Assembly: GCA_049320885.1 (NCBI GenBank)
Contig: JBMORA010000034.1
Span: 32,001 to 96,000 of the forward strand
Reading direction: 5' to 3'
DNA: 64,000 nt
From: Thermodesulfobacteriota bacterium
GTDB taxonomy: Bacteria > Desulfobacterota > Desulfobacteria > Desulfobacterales > SURF-7
Every line of letters starts with the position of its first letter. The first letter of the stretch is position 1. The position numbers and the translations under genes are program-made. Shown here piece by piece: positions 50,615 through 59,929 of this stretch. The notes beneath the pieces are model-generated. The model was not told where the DNA came from. It ran no database searches and saw only the letters and a program-made list of their open reading frames with translations.

Positions 50615-51017
50615 CGTGTTCATCGACACCAATATTTTGCTGTATCTCCTGTCGGCGGACACGGCCAAGGCTGATTGCGCAGAAACCATTGTGCGGAGCG
50701 GCGGCCTGATCAGTGTGCAAGTGCTGAATGAAATGGCCCACGTGACCCGTCGCAAGTTCGCCATGCCTTGGGCGGACGTCAACGAGGTACTGGCAATGAT
50801 CCGATCCTTATGCACAACCGCCCCATTGACCATCGAAACCCATGACAGGGGACGGCTTGTCGCCGAGCGATACGGGCTGGGTATATACGACGCGATGATT
50901 CTGGCCGCCGCTCTTATCGGAGGATGCGAGATCCTGTACTCCGAAGATATGCAGGACGGGCAGGCGATCGACCATCAGTTGCGTATCTGCAATCCATTCA
51001 ACATTCAAAATAAATGA
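50601..51017 (+). CDS. PIN-domain (VapC) toxin
   Basis: FIDTNILLY, SVQVLNE, YDAMI, SEDMQDG, NPF. Confidence 0.92.
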   Translation: MPAPNVFIDTNILLYLLSADTAKADCAETIVRSGGLISVQVLNEMAHVTRRKFAMPWADVNEVLAMIRSLCTTAPLTIETHDRGRLVAERYGLGIYDAMILAAALIGGCEILYSEDMQDGQAIDHQLRICNPFNIQNK

Positions 51018-51049
51018 CAAAGCCCCTGGAGATGGCCGCATTCCATCGG

Positions 51050-51301
51050 TTAGGAATCAAGTTCGTCACCGGCCCGCGGAGGTTCTCCACCGGTCCGCTG
51101 CAGCAGTTTTCGAAATGCATCCAGATCCGCCTGTTTCGCCCTTTCGATAACATATTTCCCGGTTTCCAAGGCCGATATTTTTTCCGCCACCGCAATGGCA
51201 ATGAACTGGTTGATGCTGGTTCCGTCACGCTTGGCAACCCTGGTGAGCTGCGCCTTCAGTGATTTGGGAAGTCGCAACGGATAAGTTGATGTTTCCTTCA
51301 T
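51050..51301 (-). CDS. RHH/HicB-like antitoxin
   Basis: YPLRLPKSLK..DGTSINQFI..AVAEK. Confidence 0.85.
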   Translation of the reverse strand: MKETSTYPLRLPKSLKAQLTRVAKRDGTSINQFIAIAVAEKISALETGKYVIERAKQADLDAFRKLLQRTGGEPPRAGDELDS

Positions 51302-51304
51302 TTC

Positions 51305-51733
51305 TCATTCTCCTCGCATTCTTTTGATGGCCGTGGATGGAGAAATCGCCTCCAGGCCAAACATTCCCGGCACTTCACCATAATCACGTAAATTGAACGT
51401 CACAATCGCGTCGGCTTTGCCATTAACGGCAACCTCTAAAACCATTTCGTCGTTTGGATCACGCAGCGTTGGTCGCCAGAGATAATGTGTTTGGACCGGT
51501 TCAATCAATGCGGCAATACCACTAATGAAAATATCCGCTTGTTCCCTTGTCAATCCAGCGGCGATCCAATGCACCGGATCCGTGCATTTGGCTTCGTATT
51601 CAAAAAAAAGCGGTACGCTGGCCAGCATTGTTACCCGCCTATCCAAGGCCGCGCATAATAATGCCGCTGATGCCCCGGTTGGGCTGCGCATGGCGGCGAC
51701 AATGACATCGGTATCCAAAACAAGTCTACGCAT
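51305..51733 (-). CDS. PIN-domain toxin (toxin-first module)
   Basis: LVLDTDVIVAA, EYE, WRPTLRDPNDEMVLE, IVTFNLRD. Confidence 0.9.
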   Translation of the reverse strand: MRRLVLDTDVIVAAMRSPTGASAALLCAALDRRVTMLASVPLFFEYEAKCTDPVHWIAAGLTREQADIFISGIAALIEPVQTHYLWRPTLRDPNDEMVLEVAVNGKADAIVTFNLRDYGEVPGMFGLEAISPSTAIKRMRGE

Positions 51734-51770
51734 GATATCGTATATTATGTCATATCATATACGATGTCAA
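51733..51770 (-). promoter_or_regulatory. Sigma70 promoter with overlapping operator for the PIN-RHH module
   Basis: TTGACA-N17-TAATAT; 12-bp inverted repeat with 1 mismatch at 51733-51744 / 51758-51769. Confidence 0.7.
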
Positions 51771-51802
51771 CATTCGCTTCAATTCGAACGCCAAGAAAAC
51801 CT

Positions 51803-51829
51803 TCAAGAAATTCCCCTACCCGCCGATAT
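51803..51829 (+). promoter_or_regulatory. Sigma28 promoter of the giant flagellin
   Basis: TCAA-N15-GCCGATAT. Confidence 0.75.
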
Positions 51830-51998
51830 AGTTTGTGTAGAGACGAACTCCCTTTTCAACAATCGGTTACAAAAAATCCAAAGGAGGTGATCGAAACAAA
51901 TGTAATTTTCCCATCGAAACAATATGTTGTCTTTATCCAGCAATGATTTCAAGCAATGGGGAAAGGAATCCCCGTCACCCACACATGGAGGTTAGACC

Positions 51999-54900
51999 AT
52001 GGCATTACGTATCAATACCAATATATCAGCAATGAACGCCCACAAGAACTTGATAAGCACCGATAACAAGTTGTCGGCCTCCATAGAGAGGCTGTCCACC
52101 GGTTTGCGGATCAACAAGGCGGCCGACGATGCGGCCGGCATGGGCATCGCCGATTCCCTCAAATCCCAGGCCCTGAGTCTGGGGCAGGCCATCCGGAACG
52201 GCAATGACGGTATCAGCATCGTGCAGACCGCCGACGCCGCCCTGCAGGAATCCATCAACATCGTCAACACCATTAAAACCAAGGCCATCCAGGCGGCCCA
52301 GGACGGCCAGACCACCGATTCCCGGAAAGCCATCCAGGCGGATATCGACAAGCTCTTGGAAGAGCTCGATATGATCGCCGAGACCACATCCTTCAACAAC
52401 CAGAAACTGCTCTTCGGCAATTTCACCAACAAAAAATTCCAGATGGGCGCCTATTCCGGTGAAACCATCAGTATCTCCATCGCCTCGGCCCAATCCACCA
52501 AAATGGGCCATGTCACCACCGGCCGGCTGGGCATCACCGGCGACCAGCCCGGCTCCGTTGAACTGGCCATCTACAGCAACCTGCAGAACCAGAGCTTCCT
52601 GGTGGAATCCGTCAATGTCCAGTACAACAACAGCGCGGAAAACAGCCTGGGCGCGGTGGCCTCAAACATCAACCGGCTGAGCGACTCCCTCGGTATTTCG
52701 GCAACGGCCGTGGTGGAGAGCAAGACCAGCCTCAACATCGCCGCGGGCACCACCGATGCGGACTTCGCCATCAATGGTATCACCATCGGTCAGTTGAATG
52801 TCGTGGCCAATGACGCCGACGGCGCCCTGGTCAAGGCCATCAACCAGAAAACCTCCCAGCACGGCGTCATCGCCAGCGTGGACAGCGCCGGATACATGAC
52901 CCTGACCTCCACGGACTCGCGGGCGCTTCAGGTATCCTATGGCAGCGCCATCGGCAGCGGCCTGGGCACCGACGCCATCCTGCGGGGCTCCGACATGTCC
53001 ACCCTGGGCTATATCACCCTCAACCAGGAAGGCTCGGCGGAAATCCAGGTCCTGGATGTGGGCGACGGCGGGGTCGTGGCCATCACCAGCGATCTCGAAA
53101 CCGCGGGCACCACCACCACCACCCAGGCCTCCACCCTGGGAGCCGGATCCACCCTGGCCCAGAATTCCGTTCTGGGAGCCGGCTGGACCGCGGACCAGAA
53201 CTTCGCCGGCACCCAGTTCGCCGCGCCCATCACCACCACCCTGTCTTCCACCCTGCTGAACGGTTCGAGCCTGGGACAGAACTCCATCCTGGGCGCCGGC
53301 ACGGTCATCGGCGCCAATTCCACCTTCGGCGGCGTCGGCACGGTTGAGGAAGTGGCCAACACCACCGGCAACAGCACCATCGAGAGCGCCTCGACCCTTC
53401 AGGCCGGTTCGGTGCTGAGCCTGGCGACGACGGAGGACATCACGGCGGACATGACCATCGCCGCCTCCAACACCGCCACCGCCGCCAGCACCCTGACCTC
53501 CGGAGCCACCCTGGGCGCCGGCACGGTCCTGAACTCGGGCCAGATCCTGTCCGGTGCCATGTCGGGCGTGGCTTTCACCATCCGGCAGACCGGCGAGGCC
53601 GCCGGGGCCACCTCCATCGCCAGCGGCTCCACCCTGGCCACGGGCACGGTCCTGAATTCCGGCCAGATCCTGTCCGGCGGCTTGTCCGGCGTGGCCTTCA
53701 CCATCGGCCAGACCGGTACGGCCCTTAGCGCCACCACCATCGCCAGCGGCTCCACCCTGGCCACGGGTACGGTCCTGAATTCCGGCCAGATCCTGTCCGG
53801 CGGCTTGTCCGGCGTGGCCTTCACCGTGGCCGAAACCGGGACGGCCCTCAGCGCCACCACCCTGGCCAGCGGCTCGACATTGGCCGTGGGTACCGTCCTT
53901 GCAGCCGGTCAGGGCCTGCTCAACGTGGCCGACAGCGTTTCCATCGACACCACCGTCACCACCCAGACCACCACCCTCTCCGGTGCCTCCACCAACAGCA
54001 TCCTGGCCGTGGGCACGACCTTCGTGGCCGGCCACACCATGGGCTACAATGCCACCGTCAGCGACACCGCCGCGACCGTAGGCTCCAGCACCATTGCCGC
54101 CAACAGCACTTTGGCCAGCGGCACGGTCATCGGCTCCGGCACGACCTTCACCCAGGATATCTACACCACCACCGGCGTGCTCACCGCCGGCACCGCGGTT
54201 TCCGGCACGGTCACCCTGTCCGGCGCCCAGGTCATCGCCGCGGGCACCACCCTGCAGGGCGGCAGCCGTTTCATCAACGGCACCGTGCTCGCAGCCGGTT
54301 CCTCGGTGGATACGGCCACCACCATCACCTCGGCCATCACCGTCACCGGCGCCTACACCCTGGAGGCCGGCACGGTGCTCGGACGCAGTTCCAGCATCGG
54401 CTCCGGTTCCGTCCTCGGCGGAGACGCCACACTGCTGGCGGCGGAAACCACGGCCGCGAACGCAGCCTCGGTGCTGGTGGCCGGCCATAGTCTGGGCAGC
54501 GGCACGATCTTCAACACCAGCGACGCCGCCGACACCAACGTCCTGGGTCTGGATGCAGCCCTGGCCACCTCCGGTACCACCGGCGGTGCCGCCACGATCT
54601 TGACCGCGGGTCATTCCCTGGCCAGCGGCTCGATCTTCAACACCAGCAACGCCGCCGACACCAACGTCCTGGGCGTAGATGCGACCCTGGCCAACTCCGG
54701 CACCACCAGCGGCTCGGTCGCGGTGTTGACCGCGGGTCATTCCCTGGCCAGCGGCTCGATCTTCAACACCAGCAACGCTGCCGGCACCAACGTCCTGGGC
54801 GTGGATATCACCATCAATGCCGCCACCAACCTGAACGCCAACTCCAGCGGCGTGCTGGTCACCGGCCATTCCTTCGGCGCCGGCACGGTCCTGCAATCCG

Positions 54901-55886
54901 GCACCACCGTGGGCACGGCCATCACCCTGCAGAGCAGCGCCACCTTGAACGATGACATGATCCTGAGCACCGGCTCCACCATCGCGGCCAACAGCGTCCT
55001 GGAAACCGGGTCCGTCCTGTCCGACGACGCCACTCTGGCCGCCGGCATGACCCTGCTCAGCGACATGGATCTGAACGAGGATACGGTCCTGGCCGCGGGT
55101 TCCACCATCCAGAACAATGCCGGAACCGCCATCATGGACGGCTCCGTCATCGGCGGCGACGCCACCCTGGCGAGCACCATCACCCTGGTGGATTCCCTGG
55201 ACCTGGCGGCCGGCTCCGTCATCGGCAGCGGTTCGGCCCTGGTGAACGGCTCCACCCTGGGAGGCGCGGTGACACTGGCCAACGATGAAACCGTCACCGG
55301 CAACGGCGGCATGAACCTGGCGGCCGGTTCTTCCCTGGCCGCGGGCAGCATCATCGCCAAGGGCACCTACCTGACCAACAACATCGTGGCTGCCGACGGC
55401 AATACCTACGCCACCGGCACGGTGCTCACGGCCAACATCACCACGGCCGGCACCAACGCCATCGGCGTGGAAATGAGCCTGCAGGAAGGTTCGGTCCTGG
55501 CGGCGGGCAGCGTGCTGGGCGCCAACCTGAGCTCCGGCGCGGTCACCACCGAGGTAACCGACACCGAGCTCAACCGGCTCTCCGATGTGAACGTGCTCAC
55601 CCAGGAAGAAGCCCAGAAGACCATCGCGGTCGCCAGCGCGGCCCTGAAGGATCTGGACAAGATCCGGTCCGACCTTGGTTCCGTGCAGAACCAGCTGTCG
55701 GTCACCATCTCCAACATATCCACGACCCAGGTGAACATCTATTCCTCGGAATCCTCCATCCGCGATGTGGATTTCGCCGAGGAAGCCTCCAACTTCACCA
55801 AAATGCAGATTCTGGCCCAGACCGGCACCTTCGCCCTGTCCCAGGCCAATGCCAGCGCCCAGAACGTTCTGAGCCTGCTGCAGTAA
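51999..55886 (+). CDS. fliC: Giant flagellin (1295 aa) with a repetitive S/T/G/A-rich central insert
   Basis: MALRINTN, LSTGLRINKAADDAAG, FNNQKLL at the N-terminus; RSDLGSVQNQL, SIRDVDFAEE, QANASAQNVLSLLQ at the C-terminus. Confidence 0.95.
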   Translation: MALRINTNISAMNAHKNLISTDNKLSASIERLSTGLRINKAADDAAGMGIADSLKSQALSLGQAIRNGNDGISIVQTADAALQESINIVNTIKTKAIQAAQDGQTTDSRKAIQADIDKLLEELDMIAETTSFNNQKLLFGNFTNKKFQMGAYSGETISISIASAQSTKMGHVTTGRLGITGDQPGSVELAIYSNLQNQSFLVESVNVQYNNSAENSLGAVASNINRLSDSLGISATAVVESKTSLNIAAGTTDADFAINGITIGQLNVVANDADGALVKAINQKTSQHGVIASVDSAGYMTLTSTDSRALQVSYGSAIGSGLGTDAILRGSDMSTLGYITLNQEGSAEIQVLDVGDGGVVAITSDLETAGTTTTTQASTLGAGSTLAQNSVLGAGWTADQNFAGTQFAAPITTTLSSTLLNGSSLGQNSILGAGTVIGANSTFGGVGTVEEVANTTGNSTIESASTLQAGSVLSLATTEDITADMTIAASNTATAASTLTSGATLGAGTVLNSGQILSGAMSGVAFTIRQTGEAAGATSIASGSTLATGTVLNSGQILSGGLSGVAFTIGQTGTALSATTIASGSTLATGTVLNSGQILSGGLSGVAFTVAETGTALSATTLASGSTLAVGTVLAAGQGLLNVADSVSIDTTVTTQTTTLSGASTNSILAVGTTFVAGHTMGYNATVSDTAATVGSSTIAANSTLASGTVIGSGTTFTQDIYTTTGVLTAGTAVSGTVTLSGAQVIAAGTTLQGGSRFINGTVLAAGSSVDTATTITSAITVTGAYTLEAGTVLGRSSSIGSGSVLGGDATLLAAETTAANAASVLVAGHSLGSGTIFNTSDAADTNVLGLDAALATSGTTGGAATILTAGHSLASGSIFNTSNAADTNVLGVDATLANSGTTSGSVAVLTAGHSLASGSIFNTSNAAGTNVLGVDITINAATNLNANSSGVLVTGHSFGAGTVLQSGTTVGTAITLQSSATLNDDMILSTGSTIAANSVLETGSVLSDDATLAAGMTLLSDMDLNEDTVLAAGSTIQNNAGTAIMDGSVIGGDATLASTITLVDSLDLAAGSVIGSGSALVNGSTLGGAVTLANDETVTGNGGMNLAAGSSLAAGSIIAKGTYLTNNIVAADGNTYATGTVLTANITTAGTNAIGVEMSLQEGSVLAAGSVLGANLSSGAVTTEVTDTELNRLSDVNVLTQEEAQKTIAVASAALKDLDKIRSDLGSVQNQLSVTISNISTTQVNIYSSESSIRDVDFAEEASNFTKMQILAQTGTFALSQANASAQNVLSLLQ
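53500..53890 (+). repeat. Three tandem ~123-bp (41-aa) units inside the flagellin
   Basis: Repeated TLATGTVLNSGQILSGGLSGVAFT with high DNA identity; boundaries approximate. Confidence 0.8.
54470..54810 (+). repeat. Three tandem ~126-bp (42-aa) units inside the flagellin
   Basis: Repeated AGHSLASGSIFNTSNAADTNVLG; boundaries approximate. Confidence 0.8.
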
Positions 55887-55934
55887 GCGGGGGCATGAGC
55901 GGCACCAGCCGCTCGGCACTCCTAACCTTGTAAC

Positions 55935-55973
55935 CATGAGACCCCGGGAGCTTTCCCGGGGTCTCATGATTTT
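55935..55973 (+). terminator. Terminator after the giant flagellin
   Basis: CATGAGACCCCGGGA/TCCCGGGGTCTCATG stem followed by ATTTT. Confidence 0.8.
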
Positions 55974-56042
55974 CCGTCTGGATGCGGGGGTTCCAGACAA
56001 CGGGTTCCCGGGCTGCCGCTTGGGAACGACGGAACCTCATCC

Positions 56043-56074
56043 ATTCGTCATTCGTAATTCCAGATTCGTAATTG
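56043..56074. repeat. Heptamer tandem array 4
   Basis: ATTCGTC ATTCGTA ATTCCAG ATTCGTA ATTG. Confidence 0.88.
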
Positions 56075-56079
56075 TTTTA

Positions 56080-56107
56080 TCAAGTTTTTCGTTCCATCTG
56101 CCGATGA
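56080..56107 (+). promoter_or_regulatory. Sigma28 promoter of the fliD operon
   Basis: TCAAG-N15-GCCGATGA. Confidence 0.7.
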
Positions 56108-56174
56108 TAGGAAGGAAGGAGCGGTATCGCGGCGGTTCCCGAATGACCGCGCGGGTGGGGAATCTGTCGGAAAC

Positions 56175-56190
56175 TGGCCTGTTTTTTGCA
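56175..56190 (+). promoter_or_regulatory. Sigma54 promoter of the fliD operon
   Basis: TGGCCTGTTTTTTGCA = GG-N10-GC. Confidence 0.65.
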
Positions 56191-56287
56191 GTCCATGTTG
56201 TTGATACCCCAGGATTCGGATGATTGCATGACTGACCTCATGAGTCGCCGGCACCATTCACCAGCCTAAAACCAAAGGATCAATCCC

Positions 56288-57997
56288 ATGGCATCTCTCG
56301 GCACCGTCACCAGCCTGGGCGTGGGCTCGGGTTTCGAATTACAGAAAATGCTGGAAGAGTTCCGGGCCATCGATGAAATCCCCATCACCGGGATGAAGGA
56401 TGAAATCACGGCCATCAAGGAGCGCCTGACCAAATACGATGAAATCAAGGCCAAACTCCTGGAAATCAAAGCCCATGCCCTGACCCTTTCCCTGGAATCC
56501 AATTTCATCGAGCGCAATGTAGCGGTGTCGGACGAGGAGATTGTTTCCGCCACCGCCATCCAAGGCTCGACCCTGACGTCCACCACCCTGGAGGTGACGC
56601 GCCTGGCCAGCCGCAGCTCCTGGCAGACAGCCGGCGTGGCCACCGCCGACACATCGGTGTACATTCCCACGGTGCAGAATTCCACCCAGGGCTTCGACGA
56701 TCCGGATCAAGCGGCGGCGGTCACGGAAAACGGGCTGCTTATCCTGACTTACGGCAGCGGCGAAACGCAAAAAACCATCGGTGTGGGCCTGACCGCCGGC
56801 ATGACCCTGGATCAGATGGCCGCTGCCGTCAATACGGACAGCGAAAACAGCGACGGCGCCGGCGGAACGCTCCTGACCGCCGCCACTTTCCAGGGAGAAG
56901 ACGGCCAATATTATCTGCGCCTCGCCGCCACCGCCGCCGGCAGCAGCGAGGCCAACCGGGTCGGCATTGCCGAGTCCCCGGAAGAATTTTCCTTTGAGGC
57001 TCCCAAGGTGGCCTTTTCCATCCAGGTGGGTTCCGCAGACCCCGTCATCATCGAGGTGGCCGCCGACACCACTTTCAATGAGCTGGCGGCTCAGATCAAT
57101 GAAGACGGCAACAATCCCGGGGTCACCGCCGGCGTCATCAACGACGGCACGGGCGCGACGCCTTACCGGCTGGTCATCACCGCCGGTGCCACCGGCGAGG
57201 ACAGCCGCATCCAGATCAGCGGCATCCAAATGACCGAGGTGCAAGGCGCCGAAGGCGCCTCGCTGAACGCGGAAATCAGCCTGGATGGCATCCTCTACCA
57301 GCGCCAGAGCAATTCGGGCCTGACCGACATCATCCAGGGACTGACCCTGGAACTGAAAAAGGAGGGCGAGGTCTCCATCAGCGTTTCCGCCAACCAGGAA
57401 ACCATCCGGACGGAAATCATCGGTCTGGTTACGTCTTACAACGAACTGGTCCAGGACATCAAGGCCTCCAGCGCCTATGATAAGGAAGAAGAAAAATGGG
57501 GGGTCCTGGCCGCCGCCTATTCCATCAAGGGCCTGCCCAATCAGCTGAACGGACTGATCGGCGCGGTGACCGGCTCCGTCGGCAGCGTCAACAGCCTGTA
57601 CGACCTGGGCATGGGGATCAATCGGGACGGCACCATCAGCATCGACGAGGAGGTTCTGGACAGTGCCTTGGCCGCTCATCCCGACGACGTGGCGGATTTC
57701 TTCCTGAGCGATCCGGAAACCGGCAAGACCGGCCTGGCCGACCTGCTGAACGAACACCTGCGCTCCCTGACCGGCAACCTGGGACTCATCGGGCAGGAAA
57801 AAACCTATGCCGAAGAATCCATCGACCGTCTGGAAAAGGACATCGAGGCCACCACCGCCCGGCTGGACGAGCGCTATGACGTACTGGCCCGTCAATTCGT
57901 GGAACTGGACAGATACGCCGCCTCGATGAAAAACCTTGGTGATTATCTCACCAGCGCCTTCAATTCCATGCAGTCATCTGGAAATAATAACCCATAA
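56288..57997 (+). CDS. fliD: Flagellar filament cap protein
   Basis: SLGVGSG, VTRLA, LDGI..QRQSN..DIIQGLTLEL, LVTSYN, LYDLG, C-terminal RY..L.RQF..LD. Confidence 0.93.
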   Translation: MASLGTVTSLGVGSGFELQKMLEEFRAIDEIPITGMKDEITAIKERLTKYDEIKAKLLEIKAHALTLSLESNFIERNVAVSDEEIVSATAIQGSTLTSTTLEVTRLASRSSWQTAGVATADTSVYIPTVQNSTQGFDDPDQAAAVTENGLLILTYGSGETQKTIGVGLTAGMTLDQMAAAVNTDSENSDGAGGTLLTAATFQGEDGQYYLRLAATAAGSSEANRVGIAESPEEFSFEAPKVAFSIQVGSADPVIIEVAADTTFNELAAQINEDGNNPGVTAGVINDGTGATPYRLVITAGATGEDSRIQISGIQMTEVQGAEGASLNAEISLDGILYQRQSNSGLTDIIQGLTLELKKEGEVSISVSANQETIRTEIIGLVTSYNELVQDIKASSAYDKEEEKWGVLAAAYSIKGLPNQLNGLIGAVTGSVGSVNSLYDLGMGINRDGTISIDEEVLDSALAAHPDDVADFFLSDPETGKTGLADLLNEHLRSLTGNLGLIGQEKTYAEESIDRLEKDIEATTARLDERYDVLARQFVELDRYAASMKNLGDYLTSAFNSMQSSGNNNP

Positions 57998-58008
57998 AGG
58001 AGGAAGCA

Positions 58009-58527
58009 ATGGCCGTACCCAATGGATATGCGACGTACCTCAACACCCACTTTGAAGGCATGGACCCCAAAAAACTGATCCTCATGCTGTATGACGGTGC
58101 CCTGAAAAATATCCGGTTCACCAGGGAGGCCATACAAAAGGGGAATATCCCGAAACGGGGGGAGAGTCTCAGCAAGGTCATCGCCATTGTCACCGAACTG
58201 AACGCCAGCCTGGACAGTCGCTATCAGGACGAGCCCATCCGTTTCCTGCGGGGCCTGTACACCGCCATTCTGACGGAACTGCCCAAGGTTTCCATCACCA
58301 ACGACATCTCCATTCTGGACCGCACGGAAGCGTATATCGAAGAGCTGAAAACCATCTGGACGGATACGGTCATGAAAACCAGGGCGCCGGATCAATCCAC
58401 ACCGGCGGTTTTCGAGGAAACAGGGCAAACCGATCACCAGTCCCGACCCCAGGCCGGCGGTTCGCGCATGAATCCCTATCGCAACCCGATGGCAGCCTGT
58501 TATGGGCAGCGATCGGTCTCCGCATAA
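58009..58527 (+). CDS. fliS: Flagellin export chaperone
   Basis: DPKKLILMLYDGALK, ELNASLD, LRGLY, ELKTIW. Confidence 0.92.
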   Translation: MAVPNGYATYLNTHFEGMDPKKLILMLYDGALKNIRFTREAIQKGNIPKRGESLSKVIAIVTELNASLDSRYQDEPIRFLRGLYTAILTELPKVSITNDISILDRTEAYIEELKTIWTDTVMKTRAPDQSTPAVFEETGQTDHQSRPQAGGSRMNPYRNPMAACYGQRSVSA

Positions 58528-58544
58528 GGAGAAAGCAACGGATT

Positions 58545-58955
58545 ATGAGCAGCCGACTGACCCCAGCCTTGCAGGATGCTTTTGATCGAATGGCGGCGAT
58601 CCAGCACCGCCACCTGTCCGCGTTCAGCTCCCGCGACCCGTATGACCGGGAATCCGATGCAGCGCAACAGAATTTTGAACGCTCCCGGGCCGTGGAAGAA
58701 CTGAAACATCAACTCCAGGCTTTCCTGAGAAGCGGACTCCCGGCCGGAGAGGATCGCCGCGAGGCGCTCCGGCGCTGCCAAGAGGGAATCGCGGCCATCA
58801 TCGCCGGAGAGGCGGCCTTGAAAGAAGGATTGACCGACCGCCGCCTCTGCCTTAAAAACGAAATGAAACGCCTGCTGAACGGCAGGCGAGCCCTTGGCGG
58901 ATACGGTCAGGCCGTCCGGAACGACCGGCCTTTCCATGTCAGCGACAAGGGCTGA
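58545..58955 (+). CDS. Helical hypothetical protein, FliT-like by position
   Basis: Follows fliS; predicted helical; C-terminal ALGGYG. Confidence 0.55.
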   Translation: MSSRLTPALQDAFDRMAAIQHRHLSAFSSRDPYDRESDAAQQNFERSRAVEELKHQLQAFLRSGLPAGEDRREALRRCQEGIAAIIAGEAALKEGLTDRRLCLKNEMKRLLNGRRALGGYGQAVRNDRPFHVSDKG

Positions 58956-58981
58956 ACCATCTGTCATGCAGGAGGTATATC

Positions 58982-59344
58982 ATGGCCATTTATCCAACCG
59001 ATGCCAACAATCTGAAAATTCAAACCGGTCAACAGATGCCGCCGGCATTCGAGACGGAGAGCTCCCACCGGCAAGCCAACGGGGGAGAAAAGACGAACCA
59101 GAACGGCAACGGGAAACTGTCCGCACAGGAAACCAGGGAAATGGTCGCATCCCTGACCGGGTACATGGAAATTCTTCAGACCAGCCTGAGCTTCAATGTC
59201 ATGGAAGACAAAGGGCGGGTGGTCGTGACCATCACGAACAAGGAAACCGATGAGGTCATCCGCCAGATTCCTTCCGAGGAGCTGATCGCCCTCCAGGAAA
59301 AAATGAAGGAGCTGACGGGGATTATTTTTAACGAAATCGCATGA
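58982..59344 (+). CDS. flaG: Flagellar protein FlaG
   Basis: LSFNV, VVTITNKETDEVIRQIPSEE, GIIF. Confidence 0.92.
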   Translation: MAIYPTDANNLKIQTGQQMPPAFETESSHRQANGGEKTNQNGNGKLSAQETREMVASLTGYMEILQTSLSFNVMEDKGRVVVTITNKETDEVIRQIPSEELIALQEKMKELTGIIFNEIA

Positions 59345-59347
59345 CTG

Positions 59348-59458
59348 CAATTACGAATTGGGAATTACGAATTTTGATTTGAGATTCGAGATGGTCTGAG
59401 ATTTGAGATGATCGGCGGGCTCTTGATCTGCAATTTCAAATCTCAAATTTGAAATCTC
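59348..59458. repeat. Composite heptamer element 5 (AATTACG array plus ATTTGAG/CTCAAAT hairpin array)
   Basis: CAATTACGAATTGGGAATTACGAATT, then TTGATTTGAGATTCGAG...ATTTGAGATG, loop, TTTCAAATCTCAAATTTGAAATCTC. Confidence 0.88.
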
Positions 59459-59460
59459 TC

Positions 59461-59925
59461 TCAGCCGGCGGCGGCGCGTTGCCGCGGCGGCTGGGGCTGT
59501 TCCATGACCGGATGCTGAATCGAATACCGGCTGTCATAGAGGACGAGCTGGACGGCTTCCCGCCTGCCGGTGTTGATCACGATGGGTCCGATGAGGTTGG
59601 CGGTGATCCGATAGGGGCCGTTCTCATTGACCGTCAGCACCACGTAAACCGCCATATCCTCCGTTCGATCCCCTTCCCAGGACATTTCCTTGATAGCCGA
59701 CTTCAGTTCCACACGGTAATCCGGTTTGAAAAGCAGCGGATTCATCACCACCAGCGACAGGTTGGGATCGTCCGCCGACTGAAACCAGCAGAAGGGCCTG
59801 GTTTCCTCTCGTTCCAGCAGCACGAACCGCTTTCTGCCGGGGAAACCCGCCAGCCCCGCCGGCATGGTCAACACCTTTTCGTCCGCCACCTCGATCTTGC
59901 CGAATCTTCGTGTCTGAATAATCAA
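59461..59925 (-). CDS. fliW: Flagellar assembly factor FliW (CsrA antagonist)
   Basis: TRRFG, GLAGF, FCWFQS, NP..F.PDY, TANLIGPIVIN; TTG start. Confidence 0.95.
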   Translation of the reverse strand: MIIQTRRFGKIEVADEKVLTMPAGLAGFPGRKRFVLLEREETRPFCWFQSADDPNLSLVVMNPLLFKPDYRVELKSAIKEMSWEGDRTEDMAVYVVLTVNENGPYRITANLIGPIVINTGRREAVQLVLYDSRYSIQHPVMEQPQPPRQRAAAG

Positions 59926-59929
59926 TCCC

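Noticed and set aside
52662..56000. 1112-aa minus-strand Gly-rich ORF
   Set aside because: Antisense shadow of the giant flagellin.
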